DNA of 64,000 nucleotides from Patescibacteria group bacterium (GCA_028688055.1 JAQTYZ010000001.1:114910-178909), one strand, 5' to 3'. Numbered from the stretch's first letter, positions 19,559 through 29,368 are shown. The notes: generated from the letters alone by a model not told the origin. Made by a program: numbers and translations.

Positions 19559-20070
19559 ATAAATATTTATTAAAATTTGCTAGCATTATATTTATCATAT
19601 TGTTTATTGCGACAATTAGTTATTTGATTTTTGAAAATTTTTCTTTTTTTAGTGCCCAAAAAATTGTGTTGTCAACTTCCGATCAACCGATGATGACGAA
19701 ACTAGGGCCAGCGGTGCGAGTAACTAATAACGACGGTGTCCAAAATATTTTAGCTGGTCCGGTCTATTTTGATTTGCGGTCAATGCCTTGGTTTACTCAG
19801 GCGACGGTTTATTTAACATTTAAGTCGGCGGGAATTAATTTAGAAAATATGGCTTACCAAACTGGCCCTGGTTTTCAATATCAGACCGTCGAACCATTAT
19901 TAGTTGAAGCTATTGGTGATGGTTGGACCAAGGCGACCTTTAGTTTTGAGATGTCAAAAATTTATCAAAAGCGAAATGTCCGGCGATTTCTAATTTCCGT
20001 ATCGCCGAGCGACGAAAATCATATTAAATCTCTTATCCTCAAGGAGCTAACTATTTATTTAAACAAATGA
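19555..20070 (+). CDS. Hypothetical protein with N-terminal membrane anchor
   Basis: Overlaps both neighbours by 4 nt (start/stop coupling); single TM. Confidence 0.6.
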   Translation: MNKYLLKFASIIFIILFIATISYLIFENFSFFSAQKIVLSTSDQPMMTKLGPAVRVTNNDGVQNILAGPVYFDLRSMPWFTQATVYLTFKSAGINLENMAYQTGPGFQYQTVEPLLVEAIGDGWTKATFSFEMSKIYQKRNVRRFLISVSPSDENHIKSLILKELTIYLNK

Positions 20071-20270
20071 AATCATTTTTTTTAAAATGGGAATCGGACA
20101 GCATCCAGCGGCAGTTAAGCCGCGTCATTTTTCGTTTTAGTTTTGTTGCTTTCGTTTTTTTCAGCGCGGTTGATTTAGTCTGGCCGGGATTTGTCACAAA
20201 TTATTTTAATCCGTTTTGGCTGTTGCTTATTGCTATTATTAGCGGTATACTGGCGATTAATAAGAATTAA
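20067..20270 (+). CDS. Small two-TM hypothetical membrane protein
   Basis: Coupled to the upstream gene; WPGFVTNYFNPFW loop. Confidence 0.55.
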   Translation: MKSFFLKWESDSIQRQLSRVIFRFSFVAFVFFSAVDLVWPGFVTNYFNPFWLLLIAIISGILAINKN

Positions 20271-20280
20271 TAAAAATACA

Positions 20281-20730
20281 ATGATTAATGGTGTCGTCAT
20301 AAAAAAAATCGCTAAATTTACCGACCACCGAGGTTGGCTGGCTGAAGCTTACCGAAACGACGAGACTGATTTTAAACCGGTAATGACCTATATCTCTGAA
20401 ACTAAATCGGGTGTTGTCCGTGGTCCGCATGAACACCAAGGCCAGTCAGATTTTTTTATTTTTATTGTCGGCCAATTCCGACTTTATCTGTGGGATAACC
20501 GTCAGGGCGCTGACAATTATCGCGTTTTAGAAACTTATGATGTCGGTGGAGACAATCCTTGCTCAGTCATTATTCCGCCAGGCGTGGTTCATGCCTATAA
20601 GTGTCTTTCGGAATCCGGCGGTATTACTATTAATTTACCTGATGCCCTCTACGCTGGGCCGGGCAAACAAGCCGCGGTTGACGAAATTCGTTGGGAAGTG
20701 ATGGCCGCTTCTCCGTTTATTGTAAGTTAG
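20281..20730 (+). CDS. rmlC: dTDP-4-dehydrorhamnose 3,5-epimerase family (cupin)
   Basis: DHRGWLAE, RGPHEH and IPPGVVHAY. Start placed at ATG 20281. Confidence 0.75.
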   Translation: MINGVVIKKIAKFTDHRGWLAEAYRNDETDFKPVMTYISETKSGVVRGPHEHQGQSDFFIFIVGQFRLYLWDNRQGADNYRVLETYDVGGDNPCSVIIPPGVVHAYKCLSESGGITINLPDALYAGPGKQAAVDEIRWEVMAASPFIVS

Positions 20731-20807
20731 AGGAGCTAATTTTAGATTCGACCGGGTGATTCTAAAACACTGAACGAAAATACCCCTTAACTTTAGAGGA
20801 TGGATTT

Positions 20808-22466
20808 ATGCTAACTGCAACTTGGCAACTGGCATCATTGCAATTGCTTTTTTATCTATTTTTAATTATTGGTTTAGCCGTCTATTTATTTTTTAGAAAA
20901 CCAATAGTTTTTGTTGGATTGATTTCAGGATTTTTTTCATTGGCGGCTTGCTTTATTTTTACTAAAGCTTTGTTGCCTTGGTGGGGCCTAAATGGTGATG
21001 AATTGTTTGTGTTTGCTTTTTTGGAAAAAGCAGCAGCCGGAAAATTTTTTGGTGATTTTTTTTATTCCAGTTTGCCGCCATTTTATCCACCCCTTTATTT
21101 TTGGTCGTTGGGCGGTTTGGCTCACTTATTGCATTTGTCAGCCATTCAGGCTGGATTTTTGGGTGTCATATTAGTTTTATTTAGCACACCATTATTAATT
21201 TATTTTTGGCTGGTTATTCGCGGTGAAAAAAATTTTTGGGCGTTGATTTTTTTGCCGTCTTTAATCTACGTTGTTAGTAGTTGGTCAGCCATTATTGTTA
21301 AACCGTACGAATTTGTTTCCGCCGTCTTGTTAGTTTTTTGGACTATTTTTTTGATTAAAGATATTGATGACCGACGGCTAAATAAAAAAAGCATATTTTT
21401 TTATGGTTTAACCGGAGGAATATTATTTTTAACTTTTTACTTTTGGTTTTTAGTCATCCTTTTAGCCCTCGCCATCTGTAAGTTAATGATAAAAACCGAT
21501 CTCAAATACTATTTGAAGAATTGGTTTTTCGTCGGGATAATAGTTTTTATTGTTAGTTTACCATTTACTTTGCCGTTGGCTATTTCATATTTAAATTTTG
21601 GGGCTGAGAATTGGCAGTCAGCTTGGTTTATCGAAGAATATCTAGATTTATATTTACCATTTTTTAGCTGGTCTGTTTTTGGCTTAGTTTCTTTAATTGG
21701 CTTGATTTCCTTAGGCTGGCTGAAAGATAAAATTGAAAGTAAGGTTTTGGGTAGTATTTTATTGGCTTGTTATGGCTGGCAAGGTATCAGTCTTTTAACA
21801 ATTTATTTTTGGGACGCTCCATTTTTACCCGCCAAGCCGTTTTTATTTTTAGGTGGCGCAACTTTATCAATTGCTGCGAGCTTTGGTTTAGCTGAGCTGT
21901 TTGAAAAAATTAAAAATAATAAATTAAAGTTTGGATTATTTGTTGTTGGCTTGGTGCTCTTTTCTTCGCAATCAATTTTTGGGCCACTTTTTTCACCAGA
22001 AGTTGCTTATCATTTAACTTTGATGAAGCAACCTTTGCGTGAAGAGTATTTGAATTTGAAGAATAATTTAGCACTGGTGGCAGATCTCAGGAGCTTAACG
22101 ATTCTTTCAAGCGGTGTACCGCAAATGTCAACGTTCTTTCCGCTTGACTATTATGTCAGTCATAATATTCACTTTTCTCATCCGGCGGCGAATTTTTCGA
22201 CGCGTTATTATTTTGTTCGAAATTTGTCGCAAGCGTCTGACGCTAAGAGTTTTTATCAAGATTTAAAAAATGCGCCCTTGGCCAGGGTTGATGCTTTGCT
22301 CTTGCTCAAAGGGCCCGGGTATTATCCAATTAATTTTTATGTTGACAATTACCCTTTGGGTGGTAAGGCGGTGGAAATCCGTATTCCCGAGCGCTTGATT
22401 GATACCCAATATTTTGTTAAAGTTTTTGAAGATAAGCAATTTGTATTTTTAAGACTTAAAGACTAA
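20808..22466 (+). CDS. AftA-like GT-C glycosyltransferase (arabinofuranosyltransferase family)
   Basis: GLNGDELF...DFFYSSLPPFYPPLYFW, KPYE and C-terminal HFSHPAANFSTR resemble AftA motifs as recalled from memory. Confidence 0.65.
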   Translation: MLTATWQLASLQLLFYLFLIIGLAVYLFFRKPIVFVGLISGFFSLAACFIFTKALLPWWGLNGDELFVFAFLEKAAAGKFFGDFFYSSLPPFYPPLYFWSLGGLAHLLHLSAIQAGFLGVILVLFSTPLLIYFWLVIRGEKNFWALIFLPSLIYVVSSWSAIIVKPYEFVSAVLLVFWTIFLIKDIDDRRLNKKSIFFYGLTGGILFLTFYFWFLVILLALAICKLMIKTDLKYYLKNWFFVGIIVFIVSLPFTLPLAISYLNFGAENWQSAWFIEEYLDLYLPFFSWSVFGLVSLIGLISLGWLKDKIESKVLGSILLACYGWQGISLLTIYFWDAPFLPAKPFLFLGGATLSIAASFGLAELFEKIKNNKLKFGLFVVGLVLFSSQSIFGPLFSPEVAYHLTLMKQPLREEYLNLKNNLALVADLRSLTILSSGVPQMSTFFPLDYYVSHNIHFSHPAANFSTRYYFVRNLSQASDAKSFYQDLKNAPLARVDALLLLKGPGYYPINFYVDNYPLGGKAVEIRIPERLIDTQYFVKVFEDKQFVFLRLKD

Positions 22467-22470
22467 GGAT

Positions 22471-22887
22471 ATGGCTTGGGATTGTGTATTTTGTAAAATT
22501 GTAAATAATGAAATTCCTTGCTTCAAAGTTGCTGAAAATGACAGTAATTTAGCTTTTTTGGATATTGCGCCGGTTAATTCCGGCCATACTTTGGTGATTC
22601 CAAAAAAACACTATGCTAATTTAGAAGAAATACCCGTCGCTGAATTGAGCAGTTTGATGGCTTTAGTTAAATCAGTTGGTCTGGCAATTAAAGCCGGGTT
22701 AAATTATGACGGTTATAATATTGGCGTTAATAATGATCCAGTCGCGGGTCAGCTTATCCCGCATCTTCATTTTCATGTAATGCCGCGCCAACCCGATGAC
22801 GGTTTAAAACTTTGGCCGCAGCGTCAATATGCTGCTGGTGAAGCGGAGCAGACTGCTAATAAAATTAAACAAGCAATTAAATTATGA
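22471..22887 (+). CDS. HIT family nucleotide hydrolase
   Basis: DCVFCKI, GHTLVIPKKH and the HLHFH triad. Confidence 0.9.
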   Translation: MAWDCVFCKIVNNEIPCFKVAENDSNLAFLDIAPVNSGHTLVIPKKHYANLEEIPVAELSSLMALVKSVGLAIKAGLNYDGYNIGVNNDPVAGQLIPHLHFHVMPRQPDDGLKLWPQRQYAAGEAEQTANKIKQAIKL

Positions 22888-23900
22888 AAGTTCTAGTGAC
22901 TGGCGGCGCCGGGTTTATCGGTACCAATTTTATTCGGTATTGGTTGAAAGCTCATCCTGATGATGAGATTATTAATTTTGACAAATTAACTTATGCTGGC
23001 AATGCCGAAAGTCTGAAAGATTTAGCAGGTAATCCTAAATACAAATTTATTGTTGGTGACATTGTTAATGAAGATATTATTGGCAGTCTGGTTGAGCAGT
23101 GCGAATTGGTTGTTCATTTTGCCGCTGAGTCGCACGTCGATCGATCAATTATTAACGCTGAAGAGTTTGTCCGGACCAATGTTTTGGGCACTCAAATTAT
23201 TTTGCAGGCGGTTCGTGAACACGATCGACGACTCCACCATGTTTCGACCGATGAAGTTTTTGGCGCTTTGCCATTGGGCTCTAAAGAAAAATTTAACGAA
23301 CTGACGCCTTATAATCCTTCTAGCCCTTATGCGGCTTCCAAGGCGGGTTCTGATCATTTAGTTCGAGCTTTCTACCATACTTATAAAATCGATGCGACCA
23401 TCAGTAATTGTTCAAATAATTTCGGACCGTATCAGTTTCCCGAAAAATTTATTCCGTTGGTAATTACTAATATTTTGGAAGGCAAAAAAGTTCCCGTTTA
23501 CGGCGATGGGCTTTATGTTCGTGACTGGCTTTATGTCGACGATCATTGCCACGCTATTGATTTGATCATCAACCAGGGCAAATCAGGGGAGACTTATTGT
23601 ATTGGCGGCATGACTAATGATATTAGTAACCTCGAAGTCGTTAAAAAGATTTTGAAAATTTTGGGCCAAGGTGAAGATGTGATTGAAATGATTACTGATC
23701 GTCCTGGTCATGACCGACGTTACGCCATTGATTGGTCCAAGGCGCAACAAGAGCTGGGTTACCAACCGGAAAACGATTTTGATAATTATTTAGAGCAAAC
23801 CGTTAAATGGTATCAAAATAATCAGGACTGGTGGCAGCGCGTTAAGAGCGGGGAGTATCAGCGCTATTACGAGCAGCAGTATGGAAAGGTTGGTAACTAA
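22884..23900 (+). CDS. rmlB: dTDP-glucose 4,6-dehydratase
   Basis: GGAGFIG, HFAAESHVDRSI, STDEVFG, YAASKA and DRPGHDRRY. Confidence 0.95.
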   Translation: MKVLVTGGAGFIGTNFIRYWLKAHPDDEIINFDKLTYAGNAESLKDLAGNPKYKFIVGDIVNEDIIGSLVEQCELVVHFAAESHVDRSIINAEEFVRTNVLGTQIILQAVREHDRRLHHVSTDEVFGALPLGSKEKFNELTPYNPSSPYAASKAGSDHLVRAFYHTYKIDATISNCSNNFGPYQFPEKFIPLVITNILEGKKVPVYGDGLYVRDWLYVDDHCHAIDLIINQGKSGETYCIGGMTNDISNLEVVKKILKILGQGEDVIEMITDRPGHDRRYAIDWSKAQQELGYQPENDFDNYLEQTVKWYQNNQDWWQRVKSGEYQRYYEQQYGKVGN

Positions 23901-24592
23901 TGACCGAGCAGCAAATTTTAAAACGCATCTATCCGTCTGTTGTCACTTTTATGAGCGATTGGCGGTCGATGTTAAAAGATGTCAAGCACTTTGGTCTAAC
24001 CGACATCTCATTATTTTTGACAGGTGTTGGCCCAACCGAGCGCCGCGAAATTTATCAACAATTGCAGTTAACCAGCGTTAATACCATTCCGCATGTCCAT
24101 GCCCGAAATGACATGACCGAAGCTGAGCTTGATTGGTTGGTTAAAAAATATAAAACCAAAGCGTTCACGGTTCATTTCAAGTATTTTAAATTCTTTATTC
24201 GTTCTAAACACGTCAAAAAAATGTTTGTCGAAAACAATTTTGGCGTCAATCGAATTACGGAATTTAGCGTTTTGAAAAAAGGCGGTGGTATCTGTCTTGA
24301 TCTATCACATGTTGTCGATTACGCAATCTATCAGCCTAGGGCGGCAGCGACAACTACCGAAGCAGTTAAACATTTTAAGATCGGTTGTAATCACTTGAGC
24401 GCGGTTAAAGCTGATGGTAAAAGTTGGCACTACGCTAAGACTAAATCAGAATTGGCATACGTGACGGAACTACCTAAAAAATATTTTTCAAACTACATAA
24501 ATTTAGAGCTGGCAAATTCGATTCCGCAGCAACTAGAGTTTCGCGATTATTTAGCTCGTATCCTTGCAAAACAATGGAACAAAAAATTTTAA
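23900..24592 (+). CDS. Hypothetical protein, probable metal-binding TIM barrel (xylose-isomerase/AP-endonuclease-like)
   Basis: HVHAR, FVEN, CLDLSH, NHLS and INLEL spacing. Confidence 0.5.
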   Translation: MTEQQILKRIYPSVVTFMSDWRSMLKDVKHFGLTDISLFLTGVGPTERREIYQQLQLTSVNTIPHVHARNDMTEAELDWLVKKYKTKAFTVHFKYFKFFIRSKHVKKMFVENNFGVNRITEFSVLKKGGGICLDLSHVVDYAIYQPRAAATTTEAVKHFKIGCNHLSAVKADGKSWHYAKTKSELAYVTELPKKYFSNYINLELANSIPQQLEFRDYLARILAKQWNKKF

Positions 24593-25428
24593 TTCTGGGG
24601 GCAAGTGGCATGCTAGGGCATGATCTTACCAAAGCCTTTTCCGGCCGTGAGGTTTTTGCTTGGGATATGTCAGCTTTGGATATTACTGATGGAACGGCGG
24701 TTGAACGTAAAATTACAACTTTAAAGCCGACCATTGTCATTAATGCCGCGGCTTATACTGATGTTGACGGGGCTGAGAAAAATGAAGCGCTGGCATCCAA
24801 AATTAATGGTGAGGCCGTTGGCTATCTGGCAGCAGTTTGCCAAAAAATTGGGGCACTATTAGTCCATTACAGTACGGAATACGTTTTTGACGGTCAAAAT
24901 AATGACGGTTATGACGAAACTTCACTAGTTAGCCCGATTAATGCTTATGGTCGATCAAAGGCCAAGGGTGAGGCACTGTTACAACAGTATGGCGAGATGT
25001 TTTATTTGATTCGTAGCTCGTGGTTGTATGGTAAAGCGCCACAAGTCGGTAAGCCGCGTGGTTTGAATTTTGTTGAGACTATGCTAAAATTAGCCCAGGA
25101 AATAAAAGAGATTGATGTTGTCTCCGATCAGTTTGGTAAACCGACCTATGCGGCTGACTTAGCGGTTGCCACGCGTCAGCTCGTGGATAGTGCTAAACCT
25201 TGCGGTATTTATCATATCACCAACGATGGCGCTTGTAGCTGGTACGATTTTGCCAAAAAGATTTTTGAGATCAAAGGTATTGATGTTAAGGTTAATCCAA
25301 TTAAGACCGAAGATTACCCATTTAAAACCCCGCGGCCAAAGTTCGCGGTGTTACAGAATACCAAGTTAGAACCGTTACGAAGTTGGGAAGAGGCGCTGAA
25401 GGAATATCTTGAGGGAGTTACAAGCTAA
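24574..25428 (+). CDS. rmlD: dTDP-4-dehydrorhamnose reductase
   Basis: GASGMLG, NAAAYTDVDGAE, STEYVFDG, YGRSK and DQFGKPT. Confidence 0.95.
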   Translation: MEQKILILGASGMLGHDLTKAFSGREVFAWDMSALDITDGTAVERKITTLKPTIVINAAAYTDVDGAEKNEALASKINGEAVGYLAAVCQKIGALLVHYSTEYVFDGQNNDGYDETSLVSPINAYGRSKAKGEALLQQYGEMFYLIRSSWLYGKAPQVGKPRGLNFVETMLKLAQEIKEIDVVSDQFGKPTYAADLAVATRQLVDSAKPCGIYHITNDGACSWYDFAKKIFEIKGIDVKVNPIKTEDYPFKTPRPKFAVLQNTKLEPLRSWEEALKEYLEGVTS

Positions 25429-25436
25429 AATTGGAG

Positions 25437-25492
25437 TGTCATGCCGAACTCGTTTCGGCATCTCGAGATCCTGAATCAAGTTCAGGATGACA
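25437..25492. repeat. 56-bp REP-like doublet palindrome
   Basis: TGTCATGCCGAACTCGTTTCGGCATCTC|GAGATCCTGAATCAAGTTCAGGATGACA: two inverted 28-nt units, each itself a hairpin. Confidence 0.75.
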
Positions 25493-25522
25493 AAAAAGGT
25501 TGTAAAGTAATTAGTAAATAAT

Positions 25523-25864
25523 ATGGATCTTAAAGAATTTACAAAAGGCGTTATACAAGAAATATCTGAGGCAGTTGAAGAGGTGAATCAAACATCTCAA
25601 CGTGAAACAATTTTGTACACCAGTCAAGAAAAGAGAACTGTTGAATTCGATGTAGCAGTGACCGTGGAAGAAAGGGACAAAGGTGGTGGAAAGGGAGGTA
25701 TTAAGGTGTTAGGTTTAGTAACTGCAGAAGGAGGAGGAACTAAAGAGGTTACCAGTTCAACAGTCAGTAGAATTCAGTTTGGTGTAAATATTTCATTGAG
25801 AAAAAAAGGAGAAAGCGGCTTATCTGTCTCTCAGCCTAACCTTACTTATAATAGAGGAGGGTAG
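25523..25864 (+). CDS. Small hypothetical protein, trypsin-co-occurring domain (Trypco2)-like
   Basis: MDLKEF...VEFDVAVT...GGIKV...SRIQF pattern; purine-rich codon usage unlike its neighbours. Confidence 0.55.
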   Translation: MDLKEFTKGVIQEISEAVEEVNQTSQRETILYTSQEKRTVEFDVAVTVEERDKGGGKGGIKVLGLVTAEGGGTKEVTSSTVSRIQFGVNISLRKKGESGLSVSQPNLTYNRGG

Positions 25865-25870
25865 CACTTT

Positions 25871-26590
25871 ATGAAAGGAATTATCTTAGCCGGTGGAACC
25901 GGTTCACGGCTTTCACCATTAACCAAAGTTACCAATAAGCACTTATTGCCGATTTATGATCGGCCGATGATTTATTACCCGATTCAGACGCTGGTGAAGG
26001 CGGGTATCATTGACATTATGATTGTGTCAGGTAAAGGTCATGCGGGGCAGTTTTTAGAGCTATTACAGTCGGGTAAAGAACTCGGTGCCAAATTTTCCTA
26101 TGGCGTTCAGGAAGAAGCTGGTGGCATTGCTCAAGCTTTGGCAGTTTGTCAGGATTTTGCCGATCAAGAAAAGGTGGTGGTGATGCTGGGTGATAATATC
26201 TTGGAAGATGACGTAACTTTAGCGGTGCAAGACTTTGAGCAGCAAGCCAGCGGCGCCAAAATATTTTTAAAGGAAGTTGATGATCCGCGTTCATTTGGGG
26301 TGGCGGAAATTGCCGGTGATAAAATTGTCAGCATTGTGGAAAAGCCCAAAACTCCTAAAAGCAATTTGGCCGTGGTTGGACTCTATATGTATGATAATCA
26401 AGTTTGGGAGGTAATAAAAAAATTAAAGCCCTCGGGACGTGGTGAGCTTGAAATTACCGACGTGAATAATTATTACGTCGAAAAAAATCAGATGACTTTT
26501 AGTAGCTTGAGCGGTTGGTGGGGCGATGGTGGGGAATCATTTGATAGCCTCTTGAAGGCGGGAAATTTGGTAGCTCAAAGTAGACAATAA
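25871..26590 (+). CDS. rmlA: Glucose-1-phosphate thymidylyltransferase (short form)
   Basis: GIILAGGTGSRL, NKHLLPIYDRPMIYY, EKP and RGELEITD. Confidence 0.9.
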   Translation: MKGIILAGGTGSRLSPLTKVTNKHLLPIYDRPMIYYPIQTLVKAGIIDIMIVSGKGHAGQFLELLQSGKELGAKFSYGVQEEAGGIAQALAVCQDFADQEKVVVMLGDNILEDDVTLAVQDFEQQASGAKIFLKEVDDPRSFGVAEIAGDKIVSIVEKPKTPKSNLAVVGLYMYDNQVWEVIKKLKPSGRGELEITDVNNYYVEKNQMTFSSLSGWWGDGGESFDSLLKAGNLVAQSRQ

Positions 26591-26591
26591 A

Positions 26592-27962
26592 CTATTGTAA
26601 ATTTAGTTGGTAAATGCCGGCTTGTTTACCGGCCTTACCGTAAAAGTATAAATTATTGTTGCTGGAATCAATAATCATCTTATTGATTTCCGGTAGATGA
26701 CTTAGTAGTAAGTCATTTTTGGTGTCAGTTTTTGCCGTTTCAATCGCTCTAATTTCATTCGCTGTTTGATAAATGATATAGGTGCCATTAACGTACCAGA
26801 CGGCGCGACTGATGGGTTCGCTGTAGCGGTTAATTAGGTTTTTATCGCCACCCTCGACGTTGAATGTCCATAATTCAAAATCGGTATAATATAATATTGA
26901 TTTATAGTCCGGTGACCAACTGATTGCTTTTGCCTTGTCTTGTAAGACAATATTTTGGTCAATATTTTCCTGACCAAAAGAATCGCTTTTGATTATAAAT
27001 AAGTCATTACTTAATGAGTCCAATAATACCAAATAATTTGAGGTAGTCTTTTGCAACGAAAAATCAGATACCGTTGGCAGTTTAATTTTATCAATTTTTG
27101 CTTCCGCACTCGACGGATTATAGCGGTTTAAATATTGGTTGCCGTCATTTTTTGTGATGTAGTATATGAAAGTATCGCCAGCCTGAAAATCGGCGATGTT
27201 ATCAGTCACGATGTTTTTAACGGTGTTTTCATCAATGTTTATTTCATATAAAATTTTGTCTCTCAATCCATAAAGCAACCCATTGTTACTGTTAGACCAT
27301 TTAATTGACGAAAAATTAATCTTTGAGGTGGTCAGTAAATCACGGACTTTAAGCGTATTAATGTCGATAATTAAATAGCGATTAAAATCGCCGATTATTT
27401 CTTTAATAATGGCTTGGGATTGGTCCGGCGACCATTGGACAAAGCTAATTGTACTGTACGATTGCTTATCAAAAGTTTGAATTGAAAATTGGGTGTCGGT
27501 GTTAAGGTTAAGTAATTTTAATTCCTCGCCAGCGTCGGTGATTAGCGAAAAAATTATTTTGTCCCGCGCTGGGGCATCGGCAAAGATATTAATTTGCCCT
27601 TCAATCACATTGATTGGTAAACTTTTTCGAAATAGGATAATGTTTCGACTAAAAGTTGTTAAGTTGCTCTTAACCTCTAATTTTTTTTGCCAAGTATAAT
27701 AACCCTTTTTTTCAATTTCCACCTGATAGTCGCCCGGTAATAATCTGGTAAATCTCATCGGCGTTTTATTTTCGAATTTGCCGTTGAGAAAGATTAGCGC
27801 GCCGTTTGGTTCAGAGTCAAGATACAAGACGCCGGTTTTTTGCAGGCGATTATTTTGAAAATCATAACGGTAACCGGCCGTATAAAGAATGATGGCTGGG
27901 GTGGCCAAAATGAAGGCCAAAATGAAGGTGATGTAGATGATTCGCTGGTATTTTAATTTCAT
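26592..27962 (-). CDS. PEGA-domain membrane-anchored protein with beta-propeller-like C-terminus
   Basis: TM, then GYRYD..TGVLYLDSEPNGALIFLNG..LLPGDYQVEIEKKGYYTW; repeated WSPD/WSNS blades. Confidence 0.75.
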   Translation of the reverse strand: MKLKYQRIIYITFILAFILATPAIILYTAGYRYDFQNNRLQKTGVLYLDSEPNGALIFLNGKFENKTPMRFTRLLPGDYQVEIEKKGYYTWQKKLEVKSNLTTFSRNIILFRKSLPINVIEGQINIFADAPARDKIIFSLITDAGEELKLLNLNTDTQFSIQTFDKQSYSTISFVQWSPDQSQAIIKEIIGDFNRYLIIDINTLKVRDLLTTSKINFSSIKWSNSNNGLLYGLRDKILYEINIDENTVKNIVTDNIADFQAGDTFIYYITKNDGNQYLNRYNPSSAEAKIDKIKLPTVSDFSLQKTTSNYLVLLDSLSNDLFIIKSDSFGQENIDQNIVLQDKAKAISWSPDYKSILYYTDFELWTFNVEGGDKNLINRYSEPISRAVWYVNGTYIIYQTANEIRAIETAKTDTKNDLLLSHLPEINKMIIDSSNNNLYFYGKAGKQAGIYQLNLQ

Positions 27963-28054
27963 TGTCGTTCTTGCCAGTTAGGCGGTAAAATAGTATTATT
28001 AAAAAGTCTAAACTATCAGAATTTTAGCAAATTTTTCTGTTTTTTCCTAATCTT

Positions 28055-29359
28055 ATGGCAAACTATTTGATTTCGGGCGGTCACAAACTCAAAGGCAGTT
28101 TGACGACCAATACCTCAAAAAACGCGGCGGTAGTATTACTTAATGCCGCTCTTTTAAATCAGGGCGAGACAACTTTAATCAATGTTCCGCGCATTGAAGA
28201 AGTTAAGCGCATTATTGAAGTTTTAAGCAGTATCGGCGTATCGTTGAAATGGAAAAATGAAAAAACTTTAGTTATCAAACCGCCCCAGAAAATTGATTTA
28301 GGGAACATCGACCGGGCCGCGGCGGTCAAAACGCGAAGTATTTTATTTTTTTTGGGAACCATTATTCATTGGCAGAAATCATTTGAGATTCCGCAATCCG
28401 GCGGTTGTAATTTAGGAAAACGTACCGTCAGACCACATATGTTTGCCCTGGAGAAACTGGGAATAAAAATAAAAACCACCAAAGATAAGTATGAGGTAAA
28501 CGTTGGCGACTTTAAAGCTTCCAAGGATGTTGTTTTGTACGAATCTGGTGATACGGTAACTGAAAATATTTTAATGGCCGCGGCTAAACTACCAGGTAAA
28601 ACAATTATTGATTTAGCGTCGGCCAATTATCAGGTCCAAGATTTGTGTTTTTTCCTGGAAAAGTTGGGAGTGAAAATTAAGGGCATCGGTACAACTAAGC
28701 TTGAGCTTACTGGTGTCCGGAAAATTAATAAAAAGGTTAGCTATTACCTGAGCGAGGATCCGATTGAATCAATGTTGTTTATTTCAATTGCCGTTACGAC
28801 TGGCTCGTCACTAACAATCAAACGTTGTCCAATTGATTTTTTGTCGCTTGAGCTACTCAAATTGGAGAAAATGGGTTTCAAGTATCAGATTTTAAAACGT
28901 TACAAGGGTTACAATGGAAAAACTAATTTGGTTGATCTCAAGACTTTTCCGAGTGTTTTAACCGCGCTTGAGGAAAAGATTTATGGGCGACCTTATCCTG
29001 GTTTAAACATTGATAATTTGCCTTTTTTTGTGCCAATTGCGACGCAGGCGCACGGAACAACCCTCATTTTTGATTGGGCTTATGATAATCGAGCGATTTA
29101 TTATGTTGAATTAAATAAGCTTGGGGCCAGAGTTGAGTTAGCTGATCCGTATCGGGCGTATGTTACCGGACCGACCAAACTGACGGCGGCGGAAATAATT
29201 TGTCCGCCGGCCTTACGACCGTCAACGATTATTTTGGTAGCGATGTTGGCCGCTAAGGGCAACTCAATACTGCGCAATATCTATTCAATCGAACGGGGGT
29301 ACGAAAATTTAGAAAGTCGGTTATCAGTCGTCGGCGCTAAAATTAAAAAAATTGATTAA
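28055..29359 (+). CDS. murA: UDP-N-acetylglucosamine 1-carboxyvinyltransferase
   Basis: SKNAA, GGCNLGKR (active-site Cys), PYPGLNID and IERGYE. Confidence 0.9.
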   Translation: MANYLISGGHKLKGSLTTNTSKNAAVVLLNAALLNQGETTLINVPRIEEVKRIIEVLSSIGVSLKWKNEKTLVIKPPQKIDLGNIDRAAAVKTRSILFFLGTIIHWQKSFEIPQSGGCNLGKRTVRPHMFALEKLGIKIKTTKDKYEVNVGDFKASKDVVLYESGDTVTENILMAAAKLPGKTIIDLASANYQVQDLCFFLEKLGVKIKGIGTTKLELTGVRKINKKVSYYLSEDPIESMLFISIAVTTGSSLTIKRCPIDFLSLELLKLEKMGFKYQILKRYKGYNGKTNLVDLKTFPSVLTALEEKIYGRPYPGLNIDNLPFFVPIATQAHGTTLIFDWAYDNRAIYYVELNKLGARVELADPYRAYVTGPTKLTAAEIICPPALRPSTIILVAMLAAKGNSILRNIYSIERGYENLESRLSVVGAKIKKID

Positions 29360-29368
29360 ATTTAAAAT

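Noticed and set aside
20740-20777. Imperfect inverted repeat TTTTAGA...TCTAAAA upstream of the AftA-like gene
   Set aside because: Short, AT-rich and mismatched; compatible with chance.
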